A DNA stretch of 64,000 nucleotides from an uncultured Spirochaetota bacterium (GCA_963781885.1 CAWAHW010000006.1:160001-224000), one strand, 5' to 3'. Counted from the stretch's first letter, positions 10,795 to 20,951 are shown. The notes: a model not told the origin generated them from the letters alone. A program made the numbers and translations.

Positions 10795-13791
10795 ATGGCC
10801 AGTGACAGCATCCTCAAAGATAACCAAAGCTACTCTCTCCTGAGCCCTGACAGAACGGCTTCTCTTTTTGACGCCAATAGCACTGGTAGTTTGTTTGGTA
10901 AGTCCGTCGAATATCCAAATGACCCTTCCGTCATTCAACGAAAGATCGCCGACCAAGAACAAGAAGCTAAGATGTTGGGTGCTCCCCTACCATCTCCCGA
11001 AGGCAAGACGTGGTCTCGATGGGATATGTTGAATGTCGCTCGCCAGCCCATCACTGAAATGCTCTATACCGCCAGCAAAGAAGCTGGACAAGGCGGCATC
11101 AACTGGGGTGACGTTCTCAAAAGTGCGGTAATGGGCGTTGCCGCAGACCTGCCTGGACTTGGCAATACCATCGGTCCCGCCTACCGACATACCTCAGCCG
11201 ATGTTATTCGTCTTCTCTTTCCAAATGCTCCTGAATGGGTAGCTCGTGTTGGTGGTCTCGCTGGAGACATCATTACGGACCCTCTCACCTACGTCTCATT
11301 TGGAGCTGCGGGTGGGGCGAAAGGAGCCGCTGAAGCTGCTCACGTTGGAGAAGAGTTTGCAGCCAAGACCGGTGCCAGTGTGGCGGATGAGATTGCAAAG
11401 ACGGGAGTATCAAAAACCGCTCAGGCTTTGGTGGATGAATTTGGTGGCTCCACTTGGAAGGAAGCGCTTCAAAGGGCAACGACACAAGCCACTCGACAAG
11501 CGGGCAACTACGGTCTGCGCCTTGGCATTCCATTCACCGATGTTGGAACGACCATCGCAAAAGGTGCTCCTACCGACTGGGTTGGAAACCTTCTCAAGAA
11601 CCTTGGCGCTCCCGAAGCTGGAAAGGCAGTCCAAGGCATCGGAACGACGATAACCAAACTTCCAGTTGTTTCCAATCTCAACCGTGCCTTCAACACCGCC
11701 GCTGATCTTGGACCATTTGCCGCCGTCAAGGATACAATGAAAGAAGCCGCCGCCAAGACTGGAATGCAACTGGAAACATACGGCAACCAGCTCAAGTCCA
11801 TTCTTTCTGGCGCTGATGAAACTCTCAAGACTGCTATCAACACGCCAGAAGTCGCTCAGTTTTTCAAAAATGTTGAAGGCGTAAAGCCTGATGCGAATGG
11901 CTTGTTGGAGATGGTTCGCCGCTATTGGGACAGAGGAGAAGAACTGCCCGATGCCATAAAGCCCGTAGGCGACAGCATCAAGCAAGTGCTCGACGATGTT
12001 GGGCAGCAACTTGTCGATAGGAATATGCTCAAGCCAGAAGACTTGCTGGCCAACTACTTCCCTCGATACTACGAGAAGAATGGTCGGCTTGCCACGCTCA
12101 CCGTCCAACAGAACCCGCTCACGGCCACTTTCTTTCGAGATCGTGAGTTTGAAACGATGGAAGAAGCTATGGCGAATGGCTTCAAGCCCGTAGACCCTAT
12201 CAACTCCTTGCGCCTCTACCTCGATAGATCGGCTCGCATCACCAACAACTACGATATGATGAAAGGCATTGTCGAGCAGTACGGAAAGGTCCTTCCGGGC
12301 ACTCATCTTTCTGGCAAGAACCTCAACGACTTCGAGAAGGCTGGTTTTCAACCACTTGAAGTTCCTGGTTTCACGGGGACTGTTGTTCCTTCTGAGATCG
12401 CCGATACCCTGAATGAAACCTATAAGGTCGTCACCAACCCCACTGAGGCGACCAAGTTCCTCAACTTTATGAATGGCGTCCAGAATATGTGGAAAAAGCA
12501 GGCGACCGTTCTTCGCCCTGGCTTCCACCTCCGCAACGCCCAGTCAAATGCGTGGACCTATGCTTTCAAGGATGGGCCTACCATCAAGAACGCAGAACTC
12601 TACCAAAAGGCAATGCAGATATGGAGAGGCGCTGGAAGGGATGCACCTCTTACGATCAAGTTGGATGGTGAAGCCGTTACACATTCCCTGAATGACTGGT
12701 ATGAGATGTTCCGTGGGGCTGGTATTCATACAGGACAGTTTTCCCGTGCCGACTTGGATGCCGTCGCACGTGTCGCTCAGAAAGCTCCAAACCTTGTCCA
12801 AAAGGCGTTGAAGGTTCCTGAAACCGCTGGATCATTCGTTGAGAATACTTTCCGTATCGCCTCTGGACTGGCCGATATGAACAAGGGCCTATCCATCGCC
12901 GATGCCGCCAAGAACGTCAAGAAATGGTTTCTGGACTATGGCGATCTCACAAAGACCGAGCAGTCGATAAGAAAGTTTCTTCCTTTCTACACCTGGCTCA
13001 AGAAGAACCTTACCAACCAGCTCACGGCGATGTTCACCACGCCTGGAAAGTATTCGGCCTTTACAATCAAGCCCTTGAAGGCACTGGACTTCAACACACC
13101 AGAACAACAACAACTGCTTCCAGCTTGGCAAAAACAAGGAATGGCCATCAACCCTCTTGGCTTGAAAGACGCTTCTGGAAACCCCATCGAATTGACGAAT
13201 GGACTTCCCTTCACGGATGTCCAACAGGTTGCCCAAGGTGGTCCACTTTCAAGCCTCGTCAATATGATAAAGGGTGGTCTCTCACCTCTTCTCAAGACAC
13301 CCATCGAAGAGATGACCAATACTTCCTTGTACGACAACAAACCAATTGCTCAGAATGAGTTTTCTGTTACCCCTGTTCCTGCTGCACTGGACCCTATTGT
13401 ATCCGTCATTCCCGACGCCATCAAACAACAACTCGGCCTCAAGCAAGATGCCACTGGCAGATGGAATGGACCTTCAAAATGGATCTACGCTCTCAGCCAA
13501 ATGACACCGCTGGTCAACATATTCAACCCATTGGCAACTATGGCTGGCGTTCCAGGAAGCCCATATGAGGCTCAGAAAGTTCCCTATGCGCTTCTTTCTT
13601 CGACGGCAGGCGTATCTGGACGACCTCTCGATGTTCAAGCTCAAAAGATCAAAGCCCTCAAGCAAAGACTCACGGACCTTCAGAACACGAACCGAACGGC
13701 GCTGCAAGATAAACTAAACTTCTCCCAACGAGAGCAGGGCGTTCCTTTGCAGGTCAAACTCGCTCAGTTCAAAAAGTATTTAGGACTATGA
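10795..13791 (+). CDS. Large internal virion / DNA-ejection protein
   Basis: 998 aa helical, Gly/Ala-rich N-part (GLAGDIITDPLTY), NYFPR, RPGFHLRN, DYGDLT..E, PFYTW and LSPLLKTPIE motifs typical of large podoviral ejection proteins. Confidence 0.7.
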   Translation: MASDSILKDNQSYSLLSPDRTASLFDANSTGSLFGKSVEYPNDPSVIQRKIADQEQEAKMLGAPLPSPEGKTWSRWDMLNVARQPITEMLYTASKEAGQGGINWGDVLKSAVMGVAADLPGLGNTIGPAYRHTSADVIRLLFPNAPEWVARVGGLAGDIITDPLTYVSFGAAGGAKGAAEAAHVGEEFAAKTGASVADEIAKTGVSKTAQALVDEFGGSTWKEALQRATTQATRQAGNYGLRLGIPFTDVGTTIAKGAPTDWVGNLLKNLGAPEAGKAVQGIGTTITKLPVVSNLNRAFNTAADLGPFAAVKDTMKEAAAKTGMQLETYGNQLKSILSGADETLKTAINTPEVAQFFKNVEGVKPDANGLLEMVRRYWDRGEELPDAIKPVGDSIKQVLDDVGQQLVDRNMLKPEDLLANYFPRYYEKNGRLATLTVQQNPLTATFFRDREFETMEEAMANGFKPVDPINSLRLYLDRSARITNNYDMMKGIVEQYGKVLPGTHLSGKNLNDFEKAGFQPLEVPGFTGTVVPSEIADTLNETYKVVTNPTEATKFLNFMNGVQNMWKKQATVLRPGFHLRNAQSNAWTYAFKDGPTIKNAELYQKAMQIWRGAGRDAPLTIKLDGEAVTHSLNDWYEMFRGAGIHTGQFSRADLDAVARVAQKAPNLVQKALKVPETAGSFVENTFRIASGLADMNKGLSIADAAKNVKKWFLDYGDLTKTEQSIRKFLPFYTWLKKNLTNQLTAMFTTPGKYSAFTIKPLKALDFNTPEQQQLLPAWQKQGMAINPLGLKDASGNPIELTNGLPFTDVQQVAQGGPLSSLVNMIKGGLSPLLKTPIEEMTNTSLYDNKPIAQNEFSVTPVPAALDPIVSVIPDAIKQQLGLKQDATGRWNGPSKWIYALSQMTPLVNIFNPLATMAGVPGSPYEAQKVPYALLSSTAGVSGRPLDVQAQKIKALKQRLTDLQNTNRTALQDKLNFSQREQGVPLQVKLAQFKKYLGL

Positions 13792-13792
13792 A

Positions 13793-14014
13793 ATGGAAAA
13801 AACACGAAAACCAAAAGACATATACGTGGACGAGACGGGCACAACCGCCATTTTTCATCCTGACTGGGACAGCACTTTCAGCTATGCGGTAGGAGACGTT
13901 GTATTCCGTAGCGGCAGCGTTTTTGCCTGCATCCAAGCGAGCAAAAACCAAGACCCACTCTCATCCCCGACATATTGGACAAACGCAACAGCTTACGCCG
14001 TCTATGCGTCCTAA
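13793..14014 (+). CDS. Small protein with CBM5/12-like aromatic module
   Basis: WDSTFSYAVGDVVFRSGSVFAC...P...PTYW matches the W-x4-Y-x2-GD-x-V-x3-G pattern of chitin-binding type-3 modules. Confidence 0.55.
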   Translation: MEKTRKPKDIYVDETGTTAIFHPDWDSTFSYAVGDVVFRSGSVFACIQASKNQDPLSSPTYWTNATAYAVYAS

Positions 14015-14027
14015 AGGAAAATGACAA

Positions 14028-14345
14028 ATGAAATGTTCCACTTGTGGGAAAAAACACAATAGGCGTGTCAATATGACGAAGGTTGATACGGAAGAATTGG
14101 ACAGCATCAAGTTGATAATGAATAAAAAGCAATGCACCGAACAAGCTTTCAAGACTATTACGGGCTTTCCAGAAGATGCTTCACAGGAAATGGTTTCCAA
14201 GTTCGTGAAGGCCATAATAGACAACAAAACTGAGGTCCAATTCCTCGAAGATGACTGGTGGAGCATTGTCTCCAAGAAATACGACGCCATCGGCGAAGTC
14301 TACATCGACTTCTCGGACGGAATGCTCTACTACTGGGACGAGTAG
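14028..14345 (+). CDS. CXXX-repeat peptide modification system accessory protein-like, with N-terminal CxxC
   Basis: KVDTEELDSI...DWWSIVSKKY...YIDFSDGMLY resembles my recollection of the TIGR04116-type consensus (KV.EEE..EI...WW..MSKKY...INF.T.EIY); adjacent to a CXXX-repeat protein. Confidence 0.6.
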   Translation: MKCSTCGKKHNRRVNMTKVDTEELDSIKLIMNKKQCTEQAFKTITGFPEDASQEMVSKFVKAIIDNKTEVQFLEDDWWSIVSKKYDAIGEVYIDFSDGMLYYWDE

Positions 14346-14368
14346 CTCCCTCAAGGGTCAAATAGAGA

Positions 14369-15521
14369 ATGTCTTATGAGTACAACTACACACAGAACAG
14401 ACCTCTTGTCGGCAAAAGCATAAAGGCTGTTGACTTCACGGAAACTCGCACCAACGGCAATACTCAGCGGACAAACCGTGGTCTCAGCCCAGTCTCTTGG
14501 TCTGCTGGCACCCCAACGACAGGCCAGAAGATCAAGGGTGCTCATATGCGAGACATCCGCTCCCTTGGAACGGGTCTCGTCAACTACGGCGGCTCCAACT
14601 TCGCTTTCACGGACACCATCATAGACAACATCACACGCATTCGTGCTCGTCATATGGAGGAGGTTCGTCAGGTTGTTGATGATTCCGCAAATGCGGCACG
14701 CTGCTTTACCTGCTCTTCTGCCTGTTCTATTGGTTGTACCAGCAATTGCCGATCCAACTGCCAAACTTCTTGTTCGACTGCGTGTGCAGGAAGCTGTGCG
14801 AACGCTTGCGGCGGGACGTGTTCTTCAGGCTGTAATAACGTCTGTACGGGTGCCTGCTCGGGAACGTGTGCATCTGGCTGTTCTGGCTATTGTTCTGGTG
14901 CCTGCGGCGGTTCCTGTGGCTCAAATTGCACTGGTATTTGTGCTCTTTCCTGCTCAAATCGTTGTGTAGGCGGTTGCTCCAACTCCTGCCGGCGGATCTT
15001 GTGCGGGCTATTGTCAGGGTAACGTTTGTTCGTCCTATTGTGCTGGTGATGCCTGCTCGACACTTTGCTTCAATGGGCGCGCGATCTCGGGGTGTGCAAA
15101 TAACTGCTGTCAGTTTTGCGCTCTTGGAGGGTGCACTAACCGCTGTGCCGATGGTTGCTATGGCAACTGCCAGGGCAATTGTGTTCAAGGTTGCTCAGGA
15201 ACCTGTGCTGAGGCGACTTGTACCGGTACCTGTGGTTCTGGATGCACGGCTCACTGTTCTGGTTCTGGATGTACTGGTTCTTGTGGGAGTGGTTGCTCTG
15301 GCACTTGCTCGGCTGCAACCTGTACCGGCACTTGTGGTGCTGCTTGTACTTCCTGCACTACGACCTGCACTGGAGGATGTTCATCCTCTTCTTGCACGAC
15401 CTCTTGCCTGGACAACTGCTCAACAACCTGTTTAGGCAACTGCTACAACTCCTGTTCATCTTCCTGTTACTCGGGTTGTTCAAACTCAGCGAGATACGGA
15501 CCAGATGCGGGATCACTATAA
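14369..15521 (+). CDS. CXXX-repeat Cys-rich protein (~383 aa, ~64 Cys; one extra base near 14990)
   Basis: ~110-aa N-domain with two I(K/R)xxHMxx(I/V)R repeats, then C-x3 repeats; removing one C near 14990 extends the repeats in frame to ...CSNSARYGPDAGSL* at 15521, directly before the next RBS. Confidence 0.85.
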
Positions 15522-15532
15522 GGAGAATGTAA

Positions 15533-15790
15533 ATGACTGATGATCAAGTAAACGCACTATTGGACAGATTGGATGCCATAGCCACCTTTTTGAAGCAGAC
15601 AATAGATGTGGCCGCTATGTCGATGCAACCTCCATCTCAATCGCAAGTCATATCTCAAGTGAGCAACCAACCGCTCGATGAATTCACCCTTTTATCTCAG
15701 AAGGTCCTTATTGAGCAGTGGAAACAGCAATTCGGTGAAGACAAGATAAATGCTTGGATACTCGAAGGAAAAGCATCTTTGGGAGTGTAA
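15533..15790 (+). CDS. Hypothetical phage protein
   Basis: 85 aa, RBS AAGGAG, tight operon packing. Confidence 0.6.
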   Translation: MTDDQVNALLDRLDAIATFLKQTIDVAAMSMQPPSQSQVISQVSNQPLDEFTLLSQKVLIEQWKQQFGEDKINAWILEGKASLGV

Positions 15791-15791
15791 A

Positions 15792-16241
15792 ATGTCGGAC
15801 CTAATAGATCGCCGCGATAATAACCCGTTCAAGGAACTCATTCAGCTTTATGTTCTCCCTGAACTCAAACGACTTGAAGAGGTTTTCAACGTGAAACTGA
15901 CCGCCATCAACGAAAAACTTGACGACTTCAAGAAGGAACTGGATGAGAGCAGGCAGGAGACAAAAGATGAACTCAAAGAAGCCTATCACTGTATCGAAAA
16001 CGTAAGTGATGCTACCGAAAAACGCATTGATGGTTTGGAAAAGCGTGTTGATGAACTCGAAAAATCTGGCCCAAGCAATGCCCAACGGTTCCTTCGTTGG
16101 ATCGGAGGGACAGTTGGGGTATTGGTCGTGGCTGGCCTCCTTACCCTCGCTTGCTATGGGATCATTCATTACTTGGAAAATGTTCCCACCATTGGCAACC
16201 ACCCAAACACTCAGCAGACCACGATACCAGGAGGTCCATAA
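15792..16241 (+). CDS. Coiled-coil protein with C-terminal TM helix (holin-like)
   Basis: ATG 15792 after GGAG; heptad-rich body then hydrophobic WIGGTVGVLVVAGLLTLACYGII. Confidence 0.5.
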   Translation: MSDLIDRRDNNPFKELIQLYVLPELKRLEEVFNVKLTAINEKLDDFKKELDESRQETKDELKEAYHCIENVSDATEKRIDGLEKRVDELEKSGPSNAQRFLRWIGGTVGVLVVAGLLTLACYGIIHYLENVPTIGNHPNTQQTTIPGGP

Positions 16242-16344
16242 TGCCGGAGTACGTCACTTTCAGGCGAACCGCTTCAAAGATAATACTACAGCGCAATAAG
16301 CGCCTTACCCTTACTCAATTCAGTCCTTTTGGGAGGCAAAAAGT

Positions 16345-17992
16345 ATGCAAACGTCAAAAGTATTTCAACAGAACCTTTGGAAAGAGACACTGGAAACGAC
16401 GACTATCACCACCGCCGCCGACAGTGGCGGCTCTTTGGCTGGAAAGTCGTTCAAGTTCTATGGTGTTAGTAAAACAGGAACCTCGAAAGGGTATCAGCCT
16501 TATTTCGCCGTTTCTGGCGCTGGTACAGATCCAACCATCGGAACCTTCGAGAGTGACAGCATCACCTGGAGAGCAGACAGCGGTGGCGACTATGCCAGCA
16601 AGTATCTCACTCTAAATGATGGTCCATCTACTGCCGTCGTTCCCTACTACATCTATTTCACGGTTGGTGGTGCTGGATACGATCCCAAGGTCGGAAGGCA
16701 AGAGGTCTCCTCCGTTACCTGCGTGGCGGATGTCTCTCGCAACCTGTCTGGCAAATACTTCACCATTCGTGCAGGTTCAGACAGTCCCTACTATGTCTGG
16801 TACAAGGTATCCGGAGGAACAGATACCGACCCTGCTCCTGGTGGAACTGGTATTGCCGTCTACATCCAGCTGAATGCAACGGCCCAACAAGTCGCCTATT
16901 CAACATATCAGGCGCTTGCTGCACAAGGACGGTTGCTTTGGACACTCCCTATTCCGTCTGCCGCAATTCTGACCATTACGTCTGTCACGCCATATGCAGA
17001 GACGGACGCTGCCGCTGGTACTTCGGGTTTCACGGTAAGCGTCACAACTCAAGGTATCTCGCCCATCGGAGCACTATCAACAAAGACACTCTTGAAGGCC
17101 ATCGACATCACTTCTGGTGATACTGCCGCCAACGTTGGAACCAAGTTTGTTGCTGCTATGAATGGATACTCTGGATGGACTGCTTCTGGCACTTCTCCGT
17201 CTACGCTGGTTCATCCAACCCGTGGAAACACAACCAACACCGCTGATGGAAACATCACGGGTCTGACCATCACTCCTACCGATGGAACCGATCCAACGAC
17301 TTCCACATTTGAAAGCATTCAAGTTGCCATTGCCACCAACGACACGGCAAACACCGTCGCAACTGCCATTCGTGCCGCCATCAATGCTCGTACCGGTGAT
17401 CCCGTTGGTTATCCAACCAAGTTTACCGTCTTGGCATCTGGTTCCACCAACTCCGTTGTGCTCATAAACAGATGGCCCAATAACACGGTCACAGCGACCG
17501 CAGATGTCAATACCGGTATGGACGATCACTCGAACCACCACTGGCGCTGTTTGGGCGGCTGGAGACTGCAATATGGGCGGTGCTTCATCAGGGGTTGAGT
17601 TCAACTGGAAACCTGATGTCACGGAAGTCATCTATCTTCACGAAATGGTCTTCCAGATGTATATGGCATCCATCACGGACGGAACCAAGTTTGCGGCTAT
17701 GGCGAGCGCCCTGACCAACGGTTTGTACACAGAGATCGTCAATAAGGACGGATCGACGCAGGTTCTCAAGCTTACGCCAACCATTTACAACAACTCTCAG
17801 CTTTCTCAACTTGGTTTCTCGGCTGGTACTATCGGCTTGAACGTCGTTTACAACCTGCAAGATGCCTTCGGGGGAGAAGTTCCTATCAACGGATATGTTG
17901 GTGAGTATGTGCGGATCAAGACGCAAGATGCTCTGACGAGTGTCAACAACATCTATGTCCATCTTCGGGGACACTACAAGGATGAGAAATAA
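16345..17992 (+). CDS. Thr/Gly-rich virion structural protein with three nested repeat domains (indel near 17517)
   Basis: RBS GGAGG; three AD(S/V)...(G/S)K(S/Y)(F/L)...G.DP half-repeats then three D/AT A..V(A/G) half-repeats; ORFs 16345-17598 and 17504-17992 join as DVNTG-WTITRTTTG. Confidence 0.65.
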
Positions 17993-18186
17993 TGCCTGTA
18001 CATCAAGTGGTTCAGGATGGCAAGGTCATTGGATATAGGTACGGCGAAACGGGAAAACTCTACACGATAGCCGAATGTGGATCAGATGCCGCCGCTCGGT
18101 TCAAGGCTATAATGCAGGCTCGTGCCATAGAACAGTCACAACAACAAGCAGGTCAAACACCTAGTATAAATAGAAAGGGGACTTGA
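17992..18186 (+). CDS. Small phage protein
   Basis: 64 aa, start overlaps previous stop; MPVH...GYRYG..GK.Y...KA..Q.RAI pattern I associate with small phage late proteins. Confidence 0.6.
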   Translation: MPVHQVVQDGKVIGYRYGETGKLYTIAECGSDAAARFKAIMQARAIEQSQQQAGQTPSINRKGT

Positions 18187-18198
18187 GCCCTCACACAT

Positions 18199-19236
18199 TT
18201 ACTTATCCGCTATGTTAAGGCGCTTCCGCGTTCGTCTATCTCTCCAACGTCTCATAAACTGGTCCACAAGGAATGCTATATTGGGATCGACGCTATCTTT
18301 ACGGATTGTGGTTTCGATTACTTCTGCAATCAGCTTTGCTTGCCCTTGTACCGCCTTTAGCACCTCATCTTTCGTGTACTGGGGCGAGTCAATGCTCAGC
18401 ATCAGAGTTTCAAGACCAATAATGAAGTCCAGGAGCATTGATAAACTCTTGTTTGCCTCTATCCCGATATCAATTACTTGCTGAACAGTCATTTCCTTGG
18501 TGACATGGATGTAAATGTCAGCATCCAAGACACCAGCAGTCGTAATCACTGCGTTTTCGTTGGGAAATCTTTTCAAGTATTCCTTTTTAAGATGTATGTA
18601 GGCCATTGTAGTCATCCGAGCAATTAGACTGAAATTATCCGTTGCGCCCAGGGCATCCAAAATCTGATGACCAAGATAAATATCATTTGCGCTTCCTTCA
18701 AGAACTGAAACCTCCAAAGGCTTGCCACTCTTCTTCAGATAATTCTCAACAAGATTGGAGAAGTATTTAACCCGCATTTGACCATCAACATTGAATACTG
18801 TTCCAGTTGGGATTTGATCAACTTCAGAGGGATCTATACCATATATCTCCCATATCTCATTAGGCAGCTCTTCCGACTCTGGTTTCGTGTCGTATTTTTC
18901 TATCATTGTAAGAAACCATACAACAACATCTGGAAATGCTGCTAACATCCAAAGAGGAACAAAAGACGGTCGTTTGGGAGGATCGTTCAGTATGTATATG
19001 CTTGGTGAGAACTTCAAAGAGGCATATTTAGCGGAGAGACCATAAGATCTGATTTTGTCTTGAAACAAGCCAAGAATGTTCTCCCCAAATGCTTGAGGAC
19101 TAATCCTTCTTTGGCACAAGAATGTAATGACGTTCATTGACTTCTTCCTCGCATACGATTTTCCTTCCAGGTATTTCGATGCTGAGAACATTTCGCCAAT
19201 CCTGATCGAGCGCCATTCCTTATCTCCTCTTGTCAT
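18199..19236 (-). CDS. Hypothetical low-GC cargo protein downstream of the methyltransferase
   Basis: 345-aa ORF, AT-richer than neighbours; no recognised motif; start could be 19137. Confidence 0.65.
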   Translation of the reverse strand: MTRGDKEWRSIRIGEMFSASKYLEGKSYARKKSMNVITFLCQRRISPQAFGENILGLFQDKIRSYGLSAKYASLKFSPSIYILNDPPKRPSFVPLWMLAAFPDVVVWFLTMIEKYDTKPESEELPNEIWEIYGIDPSEVDQIPTGTVFNVDGQMRVKYFSNLVENYLKKSGKPLEVSVLEGSANDIYLGHQILDALGATDNFSLIARMTTMAYIHLKKEYLKRFPNENAVITTAGVLDADIYIHVTKEMTVQQVIDIGIEANKSLSMLLDFIIGLETLMLSIDSPQYTKDEVLKAVQGQAKLIAEVIETTIRKDSVDPNIAFLVDQFMRRWRDRRTRKRLNIADK

Positions 19237-20909
19237 TGACCGTCTATGATTCTCCGCCTTCTACCTCTTCTTGATCTGCATTGAAGTCTGAGTTCTTTAT
19301 GTACCTCCCCCTTCTTCTCGGCCTTGGCAGCCCTCTTGAATGTGACGTTGACTTCACCAAGTGGCGGCATATCGATCTGCTTGCCATTCAGCAACTCTTC
19401 AACAGTGAGTAGTTGAAGCTTTGGATAGTCTTTCTTCCAGCCTGGAGAAGTATAAAACCCAGTGGATGCTGCTTCTTCTTTCATAGGTTGTGTCGGCTCT
19501 TGCATAGAGATCAAGACACCTATCTCGGCCCTCTCTCTGTCCAAGACACCCTTCAAGTCCCGAACATCTCCCGCCCCCGTATGGCCACCCTTCACAGAAA
19601 GGATGACTTGTTTAGTATGCCCTCCTGCACCTTCATCGTGGAAGAACAGACGACCATCTATGCCTTTGTCAGCGCCTTTCTTTTGTTCGACTGGGCGAGC
19701 GTGTACAAGACCCAGTGACCACCATTGAAACTGGTACTTGTCCTGCTCAGCGAGTTTCTGAGCGTCTGGAAGTGAGACTGGCTCTCCTACGACCTTGTAC
19801 TTTACGTCACCGCCGAAAGTGTCCCGCAAGCGGTGTTTCATCAGAGCGACAGCAAGGTAAGTGATGTCTATTCCGATCCAAGCTCTCTTTGTCTTCTGAG
19901 CGGCAGCAATGGCAGTGCCGCATCCGCAGAAAGGATCCAAGATAACATCACCCTCATTGCTGCTTGTTTGGATAATTCGTTCTAGTAGAGCCTCTGGTTT
20001 CTGTGTCGGATAGCCTAGGCGCTCTTGGGCTTGCGAGTTGATCGGATCAATGTCTATCCAAAGATCCTGCAATGGAACTCCAGGCATTTCATCCAAGTAT
20101 CGCTTGTACTGTGGCACCCCGCCTGGCTTCGTTTGCACTATTCTGCCTTGCGCAATCAGTTCATTCATTCTTTCCTTGCTGTATCGCCAATAGCGTACCA
20201 CTCCCATTACTTCGTATAACGGATTACCTTTGGCAGCTCCACCAGGGCCGGTAAGGTTATCTAGTCTGTATTGCCTTCCAGTAGACTGCTCTACGTAGGA
20301 GTACTTGCTTTCAAGATAGGCACTATCATATTGGGTATAGAGCGGGTTCCACACCCATTCATCAGTCTTCGTATAGAGAAGAATGATGTCGTGAAGACGC
20401 CCGTGCTGCCGGCGCCCTTGCTTTGTGTCGCTGTGAGCGGTACTTCTTTTCCAGACTATCTCACTACGAAAGTACGCAGGTCCGAAAACAGCGTCCATCA
20501 ACATCTTCAAGTAGTGGCTGGCCGTTGGGTCACAGTGAAGGTACATCGATCCTGTGGCCTTTAATACTCGCTTCAATTGTACAAGGCGAGGTGCCATCAT
20601 AGCGAGGTAGGCCATCATATCGTTCTCGCCCAAGAACGTCCTGAAGGCGTGAAGCGCTATTGCGACCTGGCCGCCTGCCTCGACAACCGTCTTGTAGGCC
20701 GCTTCAGCGCCGAGGTCCCACTTCCAAGTATCCTCAAAGGCTTGGATTTGCGACTCCGCTCGGTGTCCATCTTGTTCCTTGAATAGGACATTGTATGATG
20801 CGTTGCTGTTGAAGGGTGGATCAAGGTAGATGAGATCAACTGTCTCATCTTTGACGTGGCGTTTCAGAACGTCGAGGTTGTCACCGTAGTACAAGACATT
20901 GTCTGCCAT
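19233..20909 (-). CDS. Beta-class amino-DNA methyltransferase fused to Mrr-like PD-(D/E)xK domain
   Basis: DLIYLDPPF (motif IV) before YPTQKP and LDPFCGCGT (motif I); C-terminal GADKGIDG...SVKGG; true stop may be TAG at 19244-19246 if one base near 19290 is an insertion. Confidence 0.92.
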   Translation of the reverse strand: MADNVLYYGDNLDVLKRHVKDETVDLIYLDPPFNSNASYNVLFKEQDGHRAESQIQAFEDTWKWDLGAEAAYKTVVEAGGQVAIALHAFRTFLGENDMMAYLAMMAPRLVQLKRVLKATGSMYLHCDPTASHYLKMLMDAVFGPAYFRSEIVWKRSTAHSDTKQGRRQHGRLHDIILLYTKTDEWVWNPLYTQYDSAYLESKYSYVEQSTGRQYRLDNLTGPGGAAKGNPLYEVMGVVRYWRYSKERMNELIAQGRIVQTKPGGVPQYKRYLDEMPGVPLQDLWIDIDPINSQAQERLGYPTQKPEALLERIIQTSSNEGDVILDPFCGCGTAIAAAQKTKRAWIGIDITYLAVALMKHRLRDTFGGDVKYKVVGEPVSLPDAQKLAEQDKYQFQWWSLGLVHARPVEQKKGADKGIDGRLFFHDEGAGGHTKQVILSVKGGHTGAGDVRDLKGVLDRERAEIGVLISMQEPTQPMKEEAASTGFYTSPGWKKDYPKLQLLTVEELLNGKQIDMPPLGEVNVTFKRAAKAEKKGEVHKELRLQCRSRRGRRRRIIDGQ

Positions 20910-20951
20910 TCCACTTTTCTAAACCTCAAGACCTTGGCCGTCAAGGCCGCT

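Noticed and set aside
14700-15500. Radical SAM CxxxCxxC motif, CRISPR array or DNA tandem repeat in the Cys-rich region
   Set aside because: CxxxCxxC arises by chance within the repeats and there is no enzyme domain; periodicity is at protein level with varied codons, not identical DNA repeats with spacers.
14866-15532. Hydrophobic ORFs 14866-15435 and 15218-15532 as membrane proteins
   Set aside because: Shadow frames of the TGY-rich Cys repeat.
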